The notes beneath the pieces are model-generated. The model worked only from the letters and a program-made list of their open reading frames with translations, had not been told where the DNA came from and made no database searches. Of a DNA stretch of 64,000 nt, positions 1 to 12,372 are shown in pieces. Source of the DNA: Naegleria gruberi (taxonomy: Eukaryota). Numbering within the stretch: position 1 is the first letter of the stretch; every line of letters starts with the position of its first letter. The stretch lies in assembly GCA_000004985.1 (NCBI GenBank), contig GG738845.1, one strand, 5' to 3'. A program made the position numbers and the translations under genes.

Positions 1-3000
1 GCCAGAGAAATTGGAATTCTCACCCCAATCATTGAGCTCACTAAATAGGTTGATAACAAATCAATCTTATCGCTAATCAGCTTATTGATTTGAATTAATT
101 TGATAAATAAATTTTCATTTTCCAATCCCATGTTGGATGAATATAAGCTATCCATAATTACGGCATAATTTTCAATTAATGAATCTAAACCGTCACACGC
201 ATACTTAATATGACAATTATTTGAGGTATTGGAGTAAATGTCGGAAATAGCTGTGATGTGAATAGAGTTGCTGTAACTTGTTTCATTTGTATAACTATCT
301 TCAAGAACCTCATTCATCATTAAGGCAAATTGCTTGACATTTTCTGGATATTGTTCAGATCCATACCTAAATAGAATCCATGATTCTTCTAGACCTGATT
401 GAAGACTATATTTATACGTATTACTTTCCAAGTAAGTATTAGTAAGCATCAACTGCTCACTGCTAATTGAATTCAAAAATTTTCCCATATGACTTATTTT
501 AAATGTTACACTGTGTGAATATGAATCAGTAACCATCGACTCCCAAAATGATATAGATAATGATATAATTGAAACACAATAGGTCATTACCACGATCAAT
601 AGTAATTTCTTTGAGAAATTGAGAAAAGATGGAGAAATATTGTGATTCTCATTCGATTTTTGTCTTGACAATTTCTTTTCCAATGAGTGAAATATCATAC
701 CAACAACATCTTTAGGTATTTTAGTGAAGAGTGAAATGATCTTTTCTTTGGTATTGAAAAACAGCTTTGAAAATATTAAGTACAGTATAAACACAATACT
801 GAAGGAGCCAATTAATGTGCTGAATACAATAATTAATTGATCTGATGGTTTTGAAATCATTTCATTAACCATAGATTGGCAGAAACGTGTTAAATATTCA
901 CTTGTACTGTTGTGGTTCAATTCTAAGTACAAATATTCATAATTACTATTGAGTGTTTCTAGAGTTGTAAATTTCCAATTCTTGATAGAATCTCCAATAA
1001 CATTCAAATCAGTTATCATTGTGGAGATGGATACATTTTGATAATTGATCACCACTCCATTCTTTGAAATTGTTGGAATAATGACAGGGAAATTGTTTTG
1101 TGAATAATAGTTTAGTTCAGTATTTTTCAATACTCCATACTGATTCATTTTCCCCTTATTTAGAAAAGTTTCCAAAGTGGATATTCTACTCTTGAAGTAA
1201 TTGAAATAATCAAGGGAATGGTAATGGCTGGCTAGTTTTACTTCTCTTAGTAATGAATGAGGAATAAACGATAGCTGGCAACTATTCTTAATTGTAATGA
1301 TGTCGCTTCCATTGGAAGTAACAATAAAACTTGTGATAATAGCCCCAGTTATGAATAGTATGGAAATAAATTGAATAATCAACAAGTAAATATTCTGCTT
1401 TTTCAAATTCAAATGAGTGTTAATAGAATCTCTGAAAACTTTTTCAGTCAACCTGAATGACTGTTTTTTAGTAAAAGATTCATTGATTGGTATTATTTTA
1501 GAACTTGATCTTTTGAAACTCTTTGATCGATCTAAATCAATACTTGAAGATTTTGTATCAATTTCTGAATTTTGAAAAGCATCCATATAGTCATTATTTT
1601 CAAATAAAAACTCAGCAAAAAATTGTTGCTTTCTCTTCAATATTTGTTGATTTTCTGGGTAGTTCAACATTAAGTGATTGAAAATAGATAATATTGACTC
1701 CTGTACATTGAACATTTCATGAATTAGTGAGTCAATTTTTTCCAAATCATCTTCATTCGAAACAAAGTATTGCCAAAAGAACTTTCTTAAAAATCTCAAC
1801 TTTTCCTGAAGATTTAGTTGCCTCTCCAATAGTGTTCTAATCTCTGAAGTTGTCTGCTGTCCTGAATTCAACTCAATTTCCTGTATTTTAGTTTGGATTA
1901 TTAATCGTTGAAGGATATTTGATTGTCTGTTAGCATATCTCAAAGTATTGAGTGAAAACAGAGGATTATCATGAAATATGGATGTGTAAACTGCACTCAC
2001 AATCAAAGTTGAAATGTTGAGTTGTGACTTTTTACTCATGCAAAATTTAATCAATTCCTCATCCAATTCAGTAGCATGCATTTTCAATTTTAGACAATTC
2101 TTTAGATACTTCTCTGGAAAGTTGTGATTGAAAAAACTAACTCCGTCCATTTGATTTCTGTATTCGAGAGCAGCTCTCTTCATTATTAGATTGTAAATTT
2201 CAACAATTCCAAAACCAATAAAAAAGAGAATTATCAAACCTGATATTCCACCTCCTAATAAAATAGACAATCCTATTGGCATGTCATTAGTAGTATTCAC
2301 GTAGAGAGATACAATTTCACTTTCACTACCACTAAGTTTGGCTAAAATAACTCCTCCATATATTGAGCCAAATCGATGATTTAAAAAAGGCATGTTCAAT
2401 ATTAAATATACAAATAGTAAAATTGAAATGATGACGTTTAGCAATGGTCTAATGATAAATACTTGAGGAGGAATAAATTGAGAAATAAATACATATAATT
2501 GGTTGAGAATTGAAAATATTGCAATAAATTCAAATGATTCCAATGAAAGAAAGGATGGTCTTCTTCTCATTCCCAAACTACTAGATTCAATGATTATTAT
2601 AATACCTAATATTGTGAGTGGAATTTGTACAATTATGTAAACAATTGAAAATCCAGCTAATATTCCATTAAACAAGGACCAACACTCTACGTTTGGAAAT
2701 CTTCTGAGTCGATATGAATTTTCATTATAATCACATGCAATAAATGTTGTTGCCCAATACGTAAATACCAAATTAAATATTGCAAAAATACATAAAAATA
2801 TTCTGACGAAATACTTGAATTTCCCTAAATAGGAACTTCCGTTTTTAAATGCTAAATATGAAAAATATAAACTTAATAAAGTTAATAACTCGAAAGAAAA
2901 CAAAATAATGACTATAATTTGTAAAGATTCATAACTGTACCAATCAGATCCAAAAGTTCGGAGAGCTGATTGTGAAAAAATTACAATATCTCCAATTTTG

Positions 3001-3445
3001 GAAAAGTTAAATTCTAACAAAAAAACAAATAAATAAATGCAAAATACAGGAAATCCAACCTACCAGACTCAAAACTAATACTCAAAGTCCCATAAATTAT
3101 CGAATAACAATGGAACATCAAAAGTGACCATTGAGGAATAGGCGATTTCACTAACAAGGATAAAATCATCATTGAAAATTGTTCAATTTTGGCATTCACA
3201 TAACTTATCTTATCCATTGGATTAGCTGCAGACCCCTTTGATATATCGGAAGCTACATTGAGAGCAGAACGTGAGTCATCGAGCGAATTCCTTTGCCCAG
3301 TTTCATATTCTTTAAGGACTGGGGCTAAGAGTGGTGAACTGTTTCCTCCTGAGAGTGTATGAGGAGTGTTTCCTCCACTATTATTACTTGAAACACTTGT
3401 TGATATAGCGAGACTCCTCACTTTTTCTGCCATCATTTTGTCCAA
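1..3445 (-). CDS. Large multi-pass membrane protein with a sterol-sensing-domain-like TM block (Patched/Dispatched/NPC1-type RND family); 3' partial (runs off window start)
   Basis: Track ORF 3014..3445 (-) is exon 1. It ends at a GTAGGT donor (plus ~3056-3061, reverse complement); a ~44-nt intron follows, with acceptor TTGTTAG. From there the minus-strand frame appeared open to position 1 on a hand translation that was not checked for stops; it is absent from the track because no stop lies inside the window. My translation shows several TM helices including '...PIGLSILLGGGISGLIILFFIGFGIVEIYNLIMKRAALEY'. This resembles the SSD TM4 motif (GVGVDNIFIL type). A ~400-aa soluble loop is followed by further TM segments. 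Confidence 0.4.
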
Positions 3446-3998
3446 TAATAATATTTATATTAATATTTTACAAATGGAATTACAAATTCAGAAAGATATC
3501 TTTAACATGCAACAATATCGTTAGAATAATGTATTTCCTGACGGTGCGTTATTATTGGTTGTTGTTATGATGATGGAATTGAATAAACAAGGCAGCAAAC
3601 AACAACACTTGGCCTGAATATTTGATGAACCGATTTTGAGGCTGTTTTTCTCAAAAAGCTCTTAGAGGTTCAACCGAAGAGCCAATCGATAGGGAAGAGA
3701 AAATTGGCACACTCATCAAGAACCTCCTCTTAATAGAATGACCTCTCCGCAGAATTGACAAATTCAATCCTTACGTCCTGTTAAGGCATTGAAAAAATAT
3801 TGTGGCGAAATTGTTAAGCGTTGTTGTGTGACTAAATAAAGATGTGAATTAACCAAATATTAAAATATTTATATTAAGATTTTTGATTTAGTCTTTGATA
3901 AAATGTTGTTTTGAAATCATGGTTTTATTATTTTACAATTTAAACTCGCAGACTATATAGTTGTTGTGTTCCTTTTCTAAGCAAGAAATAGAACAATT

Positions 3999-4655
3999 TT
4001 ACATGAGGGAACAAACCTTAACCTTTCTCTTCTTCTTATTGGTTTGTTTGGATGTCTTATCTTCGGTAGGTTCATCCTCAACTTCACCATTTTCTACATC
4101 TTGGCTGTATCCTGCAATGAGTTTGACCAGAGATTTGAAAATCTCATCAATTCCAGTTCTAGTTCTGGCAGAGGCTTCAACATATCTACAGTATGGACCC
4201 ATTTGTTTGACAGCTGCTTCACATTCCTCCTTGGAAATGGCTCTCTCAGAAACCAAATCACACTTATTACCAACCAAAACAATTGGTACCTCATCAGATT
4301 CCTTGCTTCTTAACAATTGTTCATGAATATCCATGATATCAGTCAATGAACTTGGATCATTCAAGGCAAAGACAAGAACAAAACCATCTCCAGTTCTCAT
4401 ATATGAATCTCTCAAAGCAGAATACTCCTCCTGTCCAGCAGTATCAAGAATGTCCAACACCTTGACGACACCATCGACTTCAAAATGTTTTCTATATGAA
4501 TCCTCCTGAAATGAATGAGTTCTAAAAGAACTAACTGGACTACTTACAATTGTTGGATCGTATCTTTCAATAAAGCTTCCTTGAATGAACTGGATTGTGC
4601 AGGCTGTTTTGCCGACACCACCACTACCTAAAATAACTAACTTGTAATCACTCAT
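3999..4655 (-). CDS. RAS: Ras-family small GTPase (Ras-like, CaaX 'CSLM'); 2 exons 4548..4655 and 3999..4505 with a 42-nt in-frame intron 4506..4547
   Basis: GSGGVGKT P-loop, DTAGQEEY switch II, NKCDL, SA(R) motifs and a C-terminal polybasic region plus CaaX are present. The track ORF reads 'YDPTI-VSSPVSSFRTHSFQ-EDSYRK'. The inserted 14 aa are exactly a gtaagt...tttcag intron (reverse complement of 4506-4547); removing it restores the canonical [11 protein letters not shown]. Confidence 0.85.
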   Translation of the reverse strand: MSDYKLVILGSGGVGKTACTIQFIQGSFIERYDPTIVSSPVSSFRTHSFQEDSYRKHFEVDGVVKVLDILDTAGQEEYSALRDSYMRTGDGFVLVFALNDPSSLTDIMDIHEQLLRSKESDEVPIVLVGNKCDLVSERAISKEECEAAVKQMGPYCRYVEASARTRTGIDEIFKSLVKLIAGYSQDVENGEVEDEPTEDKTSKQTNKKKRKVKVCSLM

Positions 4656-5349
4656 TGTTTCGTTTTTTTTTGGTTTTTAGTTTGGATGTGAGTGAACTTT
4701 GTACTCTTAAAATTAACAAAGCTTATTAATGAATGCGGAACAATGTTCCACCAATTTCATTTACAAGTTCAAACTTCAAAGTATTCGAATCCTTTCAAGT
4801 TGTCATTTTCTTTACAATATTTATCTTCTCTAATAGCATATTTTCAATTCAATTTATCACAATACTTCAATAATGCTTCATGTACCATTCCAATCATATT
4901 TAGCTACTTTATAATAATTGGAAGTATTATCTATTTAAGGATTGGAAATGTTACGTTTTCATGAAGCAAAGAATTTCAGAAGCAAAATTATCAAGAGAAA
5001 AATATTCGCACACTCACACATCTCCAAACATCATCAATTGTCTGACAAACAACAACAACAACTTTGAAGAAATAATACGGGTTGTATTACCATAGAGTTG
5101 TTATATTGATATAGAGTTGTTTTGGCCGATTTTTTGTTGTATAATATTATTCATCACCACCCACCCAGTATACTTCCCTCCCATCAAACAGTTAAAACAT
5201 TTAGCCTTTTGAGAGAAGAAACGAAAATATCGTTATCATCATCTCTTATATATTTATTATAATAGTAGTTTACTATTCAATTTTTGTTCTATTTGTGTTA
5301 GATCATCACTCTACAAATATTACTACTACCTATCTCTATCATCATCATT

Positions 5350-6765
5350 ATGAATTTTAATATTAAGAATATTGGAAATTTGTGGGATGAAATTTGTAAT
5401 TTAATAATTCGTCCACAAAGATGTATATATGAACCATCGATTGCTCTTGGTCCTAAATTATTTACTCTCGACAATCGTATATTTGAAAGAAAGGATTTTA
5501 CATTGACAAATTCTAGAGGAAAGACAATAGAATGCTCTCATTATCAACCAATAGAATCACAAAGAACTAAAGAACGATTACCATGTGTTATTTATTGTCA
5601 TGGTAACTGTGGATCTAGATGTGATGCTCTTGATGCTGTCAGGTAAGTTTCAATCATGAGAATCATCATCACCAACTGTCAACTTTTCAGTATTTTACTG
5701 CCATACAATATTACAGTATTTGCTTTTGATTTTACTGGATCTGGACTTTCTGAAGGTGACTATGTGTCACTGGGTTTTTATGAAAAGCAAGATGTTGGAA
5801 CAGTGGTGGAATATCTTTGGTCAACAAAGAGAGTAAGCAGAATTGGATTGTGGGGAAGATCTATGGGAGCAGCAACAAGTATCATGTATGCATCTACTGA
5901 TCAAAGTATTGCTGGTATTGTTGTTGACAGTCCATTCACATCTTTGGAAGATTTGTCAATGGAACTTGTTCACTCATACCAATCTTGGATACCAAAGAAA
6001 ATGATTAAAATGGGAATTAATTTAATAAGAAAGTCAATTATAGGAAAAGCAGGATTTGACATTAGAGCTTGTGGTCCATTGGAGTGTGCAGGTTCATGTT
6101 TTGTTCCAGGTTTATTTGCTCATGCTGAGAATGATGATTTTATCAAAATTCATCACTCTGAAAAGCTCTATGAAACCTATGCTGGAGACAAGAATATGAT
6201 TAGATTCGAGGGTGATCACAATAGTGCAAGACCAGATTTCATGTATGATTCAGTCTGTATATTTTTCTACAATGTCCTAGTTAGTAATGATAAGGAATTA
6301 GAAAATAAGGACATACCAAAGGGTTCAATGGCCCACAAGAATGATGTTGGAGTTGTCACAGATAAGGGAAGACAGAGTAAGTATACTTTTCAATCATGAT
6401 CTAATTGACCAATAATAGTTGCCATTGAAAATGGAGAAGCTGAATTTTTCGAGGAATATTTTGAATCTGATCCAAACAAGAAAACAGCAAACAAGATTGC
6501 AATTCCAAGAGATCCATCCCATGCCAATCATGATTCCTTCCTCCAATCACCTTCCTATCCACAAATGATTGTACCAAGTTCACTAAATGATAAATATGAA
6601 GGGGTGGGAACAAGCGACGAGGATGAAATGCTTTTCAGAGCACTAATTGAAAGTGTAAAGGAAGAACTCAATGTCTGTAAAGATGAAAACGAGAAGAAGG
6701 AGCTAGAGATAAGGCTCAAAGAGCTTTATGAACAAGCCAAAGATCATTCCCTTAAAATTGTATAA
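5350..6765 (+). CDS. alpha/beta-hydrolase fold serine hydrolase (GxSxG 'GRSMGAA'); 3 exons 5350..5642, 5691..6376, 6419..6765
   Basis: Track ORFs 5350..5646, 5656..6399 and 6565..6765 join in frame through a GTAAGT donor at 5643 with acceptor ...ttttcag at 5690, and a GTAAGT donor at 6377 with acceptor aataatag at 6418. The joined protein reads '...YCHGNCGSRCDALDAV.ILLPYNITVFAFDFTGSGLSEGDYVSLGFYEKQDV...GLWGRSMGAATS...HAENDDFI...EGDHN'. This is a typical esterase/lipase/ABHD-type catalytic triad layout. Confidence 0.65.
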
Positions 6766-7158
6766 AAAAAACTAATATTCACATTATCTCTTTTCTATTT
6801 GATCGATGTTTTATCTTCACCAATAATATTGAGATGAGCTTATTGTCACTGAAATGTCTAGGATTTGAATAATGGCGCCAGCAACAAATTGTTTTTTTAA
6901 TTTTAATTTTAAAAAAAATATCATCACGACATACGTTCCTGCCTGCCGGAAGCGAAAAATCACCAACATCATTGAACCATCACTGTTTTTTTTGGAGTGT
7001 ATTTGTTGAGAAAAAGATATTTGAAGATTTGGATTAAAGAAGGCGGAATCAATTATTGGACATATTCGGATATTCTGCAATACAAATCTACTAAATTGTA
7101 TAAACATTTAAAATAGTGTATATATTGTTGTTATAATAATACAAAGTAAATTATAAAA

Positions 7159-8689
7159 ATGTCAAACTTACCAGAAGTTGTGCAAGATTTTAGTGAAGCT
7201 CTTCAGACTGATCTTAAAACAGCTGATAGCATGCAAATTTATGTGTTAACAGAAATTGCACAAGATAACATTGAATATGCTAAGGAAATATCTAAAGTAA
7301 TTTGTACTAGAATTAATACTGTACGTACAGTTGTTGTTGTTGTGAATTAATTAATATTCGGAATTTATTTGGATCTTGTTTTATAATAATTATTAGGCTC
7401 CAACTGGAGAGAAACTCTATGCTCTCTACCTTTTGGATTCTATAGCAAAAAAGATTGGAGGACCATACATACAAGAATTTTCGAAAAGTATTTCAGACGT
7501 ATTTTTCTATGCATATAAACAAAACAAAGACATTCCAAACTCTAAGAAATCATATTTAAAACTCCTCTCAACCTGGGGAGAAGTATTTGGAGAAGAAAAA
7601 GCAAAGGAAATTAAGAATAGAATTGATGTTGCAGAAGGAGGAGGACAAAGAGTTGTCCAACAACCACCAAAACAACAGCCACAATCATCAAATAGTGGAA
7701 TGAAACGAGTTGGATCTTCATCTGATGTAGGTTTATTAATTGTACTACTATTTATTAATATTTCATATTTCAATTCTTTAAAAACTGAATAGCAATCCGA
7801 ACAAGCTCTTTTAGGAACACTTCTTGAAAAATTACAAAGAAATCCTGAATTAATCAATGATCCTCAAACAGCATCTTTGTTTAAACAATTGACATCTAAA
7901 ATGAGCATTAATCTTCCTCAACAAATTGGGAGACCTAATCCATATGCTCCTCCAAATCAAACAACCAGTGTCAACATTAATAATAACCCATATTCGGGAA
8001 ATTCCTCAAAAAACACACAACAAACAAATCAATTTTCAAATATTCCCTCAACCCATTCCATGATGCAAAGCTCCTCTCAGCAACAATCCAATAAACCATC
8101 ATCTAATCCAGTGCATCGACTGTATGAGGCACTCACTAAACAGTGCATGAACTGTGGAGTGAGATTCTCATCCCAGAAACAACTTGGAGAACATTTAGAT
8201 GTTCACCAAAGAAAGAATCAATTCTTTAGAAATAATAAGGATTTATCGAGAAAGTGGTACTCTGGGGAAGATGAATGGATAAAGCTAAGGGATAATGACG
8301 AAACCGAAGCAATTCAATGCCCTGGAGCAATTATATTTGGTGATTCAGAATCATTTAATCCTCAATCTCTCACCAAAACAGCCTCAACAACCGCCCTCTC
8401 AGCAGTCGATTTCTTTGCTACTTTCAATACCAACAAGTCCAAACCTAAAGATGTGAATGAAGGTAGTGGCGAAATTGTTGCCGACACTGAACAAGACACA
8501 TGTCCAGTTTGTCATGAGGAATTAGAAAAGTTCTACAATTCAGAGACAGCAGAATGGATGCTGAAAGGTGCTGTGTATGATGAATCATGCAACCTCTACG
8601 TTCACCAGAATTGCCTTTCCTCTTCGCACAAGAGAAAATCAGATGGAGATGCAGGAGGTTTCAATAAAAAAGTAAAGCAAGAGTTCTAG
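7159..8689 (+). CDS. PCF11: Pcf11-like mRNA cleavage/polyadenylation factor (N-terminal CID domain, C-terminal zinc-finger motifs); 3 exons 7159..7320, 7397..7726, 7793..8689
   Basis: Donor ACT|gtacgt at 7321 pairs with acceptor tattag at 7396. Donor GAT|gtaggt at 7727 pairs with acceptor ctgaatag at 7792. All three track ORFs (7159, 7433, 7877) are in phase. The CID-like N-terminus reads 'VQDFSEALQTDLKTADSMQIYVLTEIAQDNIEYAKEISKVICTRIN/APTGEKLYALYLLDSIAKKIGGPYIQEFSK...YLKLLSTWGEVF'. The C-terminus has 'CMNCGVRFSSQKQLGEHLDVHQRK' and 'CPVCHEEL...VHQNC' zinc motifs, as in Pcf11. Confidence 0.6.
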
Positions 8690-8791
8690 ATGCTAATAGA
8701 AATATGAAGTATTTGAGGTTATTGAAGATCGTGGAAAATTAACCTTAAAGTATGAAATGTAAAAATAAAGTAATTTAATGAAGTAGTAAGT

Positions 8792-10000
8792 TTACTCATT
8801 TTCCATCCCTCTGAGAGTGGCCAACATTTTTAATTTTTCAAGCATTTGCTTTTGTTCAGTTGGAGCAACACCAGATTCCTTTTGTTGCTGTCTTATTAAT
8901 TTGTTTCTATTATAATTTTCAACAACACGTTGTCTTTCAGCTTCTCTTTGCTTTTCCAAGGCAATATCCTCTTCCTTCTTTTCCTTAATCTTCTTTTCCA
9001 AGTTTCCTCTCAATTTACTGAGACGAGGTGGTTCTTGAGCAACTTCACCAAATGCAACTTCATCTCTCTTTTCTTCCATCAAATCTTCAGAATCATAGCC
9101 AACTTCATCTGCAACTTCGTCCTTTCCAAGAGACAGAAGAGTTTCGTTACGTTTTCTTTCATTCTTTCCGTATTCCTTTTCATCCAAAAATTCGTCAAGA
9201 TCTTCAAATTTAGCATTCTTCATCTTGTGTTTCTTGACCTTTGATTTATCAAGAGCTGTTTCTTGAGCTAATTTCTTCTTTAATTTCTTCAAAGCTTCCT
9301 TTTCCTTCTTCATCTTGAAATAGACCTTCTTTTTAAGTTTGGCCTTGGTTGTTTCATTTGGTAAAGTTGAAAGTCCTTTAAGTGATTCTGGAACAAGATC
9401 CAAATTACCAGTCTTAATGGCAGTAACTAGAGCACCTCGAGTATTTGTGAACACATTCATTGATTTTCCTGCATTTTGTCTTCTTACAGTTCCATCATCA
9501 GATGATCCATTATTTACACTATTAGCAGTAGCAGTGGTAGATCTATTAGTGACAGTACTGCCATCAGTCGATGTCACCACTTCCACATTTGATGCAAAAA
9601 CAGCAGATGTATTCTTTTCAACTTTTCTTTGTTTGGCTGATTTTTCCACAATCGGTCCATTTCCATTATCAATATTCAATCTTCTCTTTTTTGTTGTTGA
9701 AGCATTATTCGTAGTAGTAGTAGATGCTGGAGGAGCATTCTTTGATTGTGCAATAAAATCCATAATAGCCTTATTCTTATTCGACACATAACGATCCTCT
9801 CTTCCTTTGATTGGTTTATTTAATCCCTTCTCGAATTGTTCTTCATAAACCCTAGCAGATTCATCCACATCCTTTGAAGCCATAATTCCGATATTTTCCA
9901 ATCGTTGGGCCTTTTTGGTTGATGCCGCTTTTCGTGACTTTTCCAATTCTTTTCTGTTTTTGCCTCTACGAAGCAAACCTCTCTGCATATTTCTGCCCAT
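8792..10000 (-). CDS. Lys/Glu-rich coiled-coil protein, possibly nucleolar (function not recognised)
   Basis: A single 402-aa ORF with an ATG at 9998-10000 (reverse complement). It has a basic N-terminus (MGRNMQRGLLRRGKNRKELEK...), a Ser/Thr/Asn-rich middle and a highly charged KE-rich C-terminus. It lies convergent to PCF11 with a ~100-bp spacer. Confidence 0.45.
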   Translation of the reverse strand: MGRNMQRGLLRRGKNRKELEKSRKAASTKKAQRLENIGIMASKDVDESARVYEEQFEKGLNKPIKGREDRYVSNKNKAIMDFIAQSKNAPPASTTTTNNASTTKKRRLNIDNGNGPIVEKSAKQRKVEKNTSAVFASNVEVVTSTDGSTVTNRSTTATANSVNNGSSDDGTVRRQNAGKSMNVFTNTRGALVTAIKTGNLDLVPESLKGLSTLPNETTKAKLKKKVYFKMKKEKEALKKLKKKLAQETALDKSKVKKHKMKNAKFEDLDEFLDEKEYGKNERKRNETLLSLGKDEVADEVGYDSEDLMEEKRDEVAFGEVAQEPPRLSKLRGNLEKKIKEKKEEDIALEKQREAERQRVVENYNRNKLIRQQQKESGVAPTEQKQMLEKLKMLATLRGMENE

Positions 10001-10207
10001 TTTTTTCTACTTTGTGTTTTTGAAGTTTTTCACCACAAAAAAATTTTGAAGTTTTCTTGATAATTTGAACATGTGATGATTATGTGGTCAATTTTGAAAC
10101 GATTTCAAAGTTTTAGAGAGCTTGAAGAAATGTTTGAGGCAAATTGCAAATAAAATTAATAGGAGAAGGATTAGGTTAAAATCTAGTTGTTGTTGTTGGT
10201 ATTTATT

Positions 10208-11665
10208 CTAGTTGAAAACAATGCTGTAGGTCTCTCTTGGATCCTTGAATGGACAATTGCAAACCTGAACGACAACACCTTCGTCATCGGTCTCTTCTTT
10301 TTGTAATGGTTTATGTTCCTCAGGGAATCTCAAATGCTTCAACCAGAAAGATCTATCAAAGCTCTTCAGGAAATTATATTCTAATGGATGATTTCTATCA
10401 AATTGATGATCAATGTCGAAAAGCTCTGAAACAAATGTATCCAATTCAAGATGGGTTTTAAAAACCTTTTCAGATTCTGCTCTGTTAAATTTCTTTTTAA
10501 AAGCAGAATCCATTTTGAAAACAAGATCACATTTGCCTCTCGTTCTCATATCTTTCAAAAATTCAGCCATTGGACCTTGATATAATTTATCCTTGGAGAC
10601 TCCAATTGCATGGAGAACACTATCAACAAAATCTTGACAATTACCAAATTTACCAGTTCCACCATGATCTTTGTAAAACATGAGTGTATTCCATCTGATA
10701 ATAACATCAGCCAATTTTGAAACTAGAACATCCAAACTTTCATCAAGTGTTATTGATCCCAAATCAGCAGTAATGAGAGAAGCAGTACTGACACATTTTC
10801 TTGGCTATTTCAATATTTCACATAATTATTCGTATTAAATGAAAGTAAACCACTTACCACACACAATGCACTATTGTTGTATTCCAATTTCCATGGACCT
10901 ATCAGTAAGGCGCTGTGAAACATGCCGAGTCTATAAACAGGTTTGAATTATTCAATTAGTAAAATGATAAGTGTTAAAAATTTCTTCCACAGATATATTA
11001 TTAGAAACTTACTCTGGGAATGTATCATCAAAGGCAGAGACAACTGGTGAAATTAAACGTCTAATAGCTCTCTTTGAAGCAGTATGAGAAACCTCCGAAA
11101 CAATAAACTTAATCTTGATTTTAGCTTGTCCCATATTAATAATGTCAGGATTTTCTTCTTGTTCAACGACTCCCAATTCATCTTCGTCATCAACTTCATT
11201 GTTTGTCACCACGCCGACATCAGCAACAGCTGTTGATTGACTGACAGTACTTTGAAGTGCACTAGTCGATCTTTCACATTGACTCATCATTTCCATTGTT
11301 AATTTCTTAGTTTCTGCCCAGTCAGTTGTCAAATAAGTTTTAATTAATTCATCTTTAACACAGAGAGCATCTCTAAATTTCTCCAACAATGGTCTATTAT
11401 GTTTTAATTTGGCACTGTAAATATCATTGGTAAGTAATTTTTCTTCAACAATTTTCTTCATGTCTCCTAATGAAGGAAGAGGAAACTTGAGAATTTCTTC
11501 CCATTGTTGTTGAGTAGTGTTGTTATTTGTATTAGAAGTAGTAGTAGTTGTAGAAGTTGTATTGGAATTAGTTGGCTGTGTAGCAATATTATGTTTAGTT
11601 TCGATATTGTTGATATCGTCCCTTCCGTCTCTTTTTGAATTTTTACTTCCCATGATGATGATCAA
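10208..11665 (-). CDS. N-myristoylation-signal protein with LRAT/NlpC-P60-like H-box and NCxxF motif (PLAAT/LRAT-like); multi-exon, internal junctions unresolved
   Basis: Exon 1 (track ORF 11009..11665) has its true ATG at 11651-11653, giving 'MGSKNSKR...' (an MGxxxS myristoylation consensus). It ends at a GA|GTAAGT donor near 11012. A 71-nt candidate exon (~10858-10928, acceptor tttatag, donor gtaagt) encodes 'LGMFHSALLIGPWKLEYNNSALC', which looks like an H-box. The 3' exon (track ORF 10208..10762; its start is a TTG, not ATG) encodes '...IIRWNTLMFYKDHGGTGKFGNCQDFVDSVLH'. This matches the LRAT 'NCEHFV' region pattern. Confidence 0.35.
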
Positions 11666-12372
11666 ATTAAATTTTACTCTCTTTTAATTGAATTGTGGTG
11701 GTGGGTAAATTTCTTTGATTATCGTTTTTTTTCTCTCTTTTCGATAATGTCTTTTCGACTTTTTTATGAAGAGACTTTCATCCAATCATTTGAAGAGATA
11801 ATGATGAGAAGTGGATGTTGTGAGAAAATCAGGATTGAATGGTTTACCAAGGCTTGTATCGAGTTCCTTCTTCCAAGGATATTAAAAAGTTATTTTTAGA
11901 TAATTAAAAACATTTGTGAAATCGTGTGTAAAAAAGTTCTGATAATGAAAGATTTGATGATCGAACAGATTGGTTGTAAAAAATTATGGGGAATTGATGG
12001 TTTTCAATAGGAATGAGTTTTTTAAACCATGATGAAGGAATTTTGAAGAAGGTAACACCCATGATGATGAATTTGTGGTTTTTTATTGAAAATCAAACAG
12101 TAAGTGCTGACGAGTTCTAGTATTAGGCTAAACTAGATCAAGTCCCTTGATGTTCCAAACTACGGTTTTTTTTTGATTCCTTCCAATTATTAAAAAGGCT
12201 TTTCAAATTGGTTACTAATGAATGATGGATTAACTCTTGGTTCATTATAGATTATGATTAAGGAGCAAATAAGAATCATTAAACTAGTGAGTTGATATTT
12301 TCCCAGTTTTTCTCTCACTATCATCAATTCTTGTTCAAATATTTAATTGATTTTAAAAAAAATTGGAAAAAA

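Noticed and set aside
4044-4313. Short track ORFs antisense to or inside real genes (for example 4044..4313+, 4094..4294-, 8930..9244+, 9339..9791+, 12324..12611-, 20128..20346+, 22648..22911-, 28343..28622, 33034..33310-, 58590..59687-, 60495..61334-)
   Set aside because: They overlap well-supported CDSs on the opposite strand or in another frame, have low-complexity or stop-poor AT-rich composition, and no motifs. They are typical six-frame noise.
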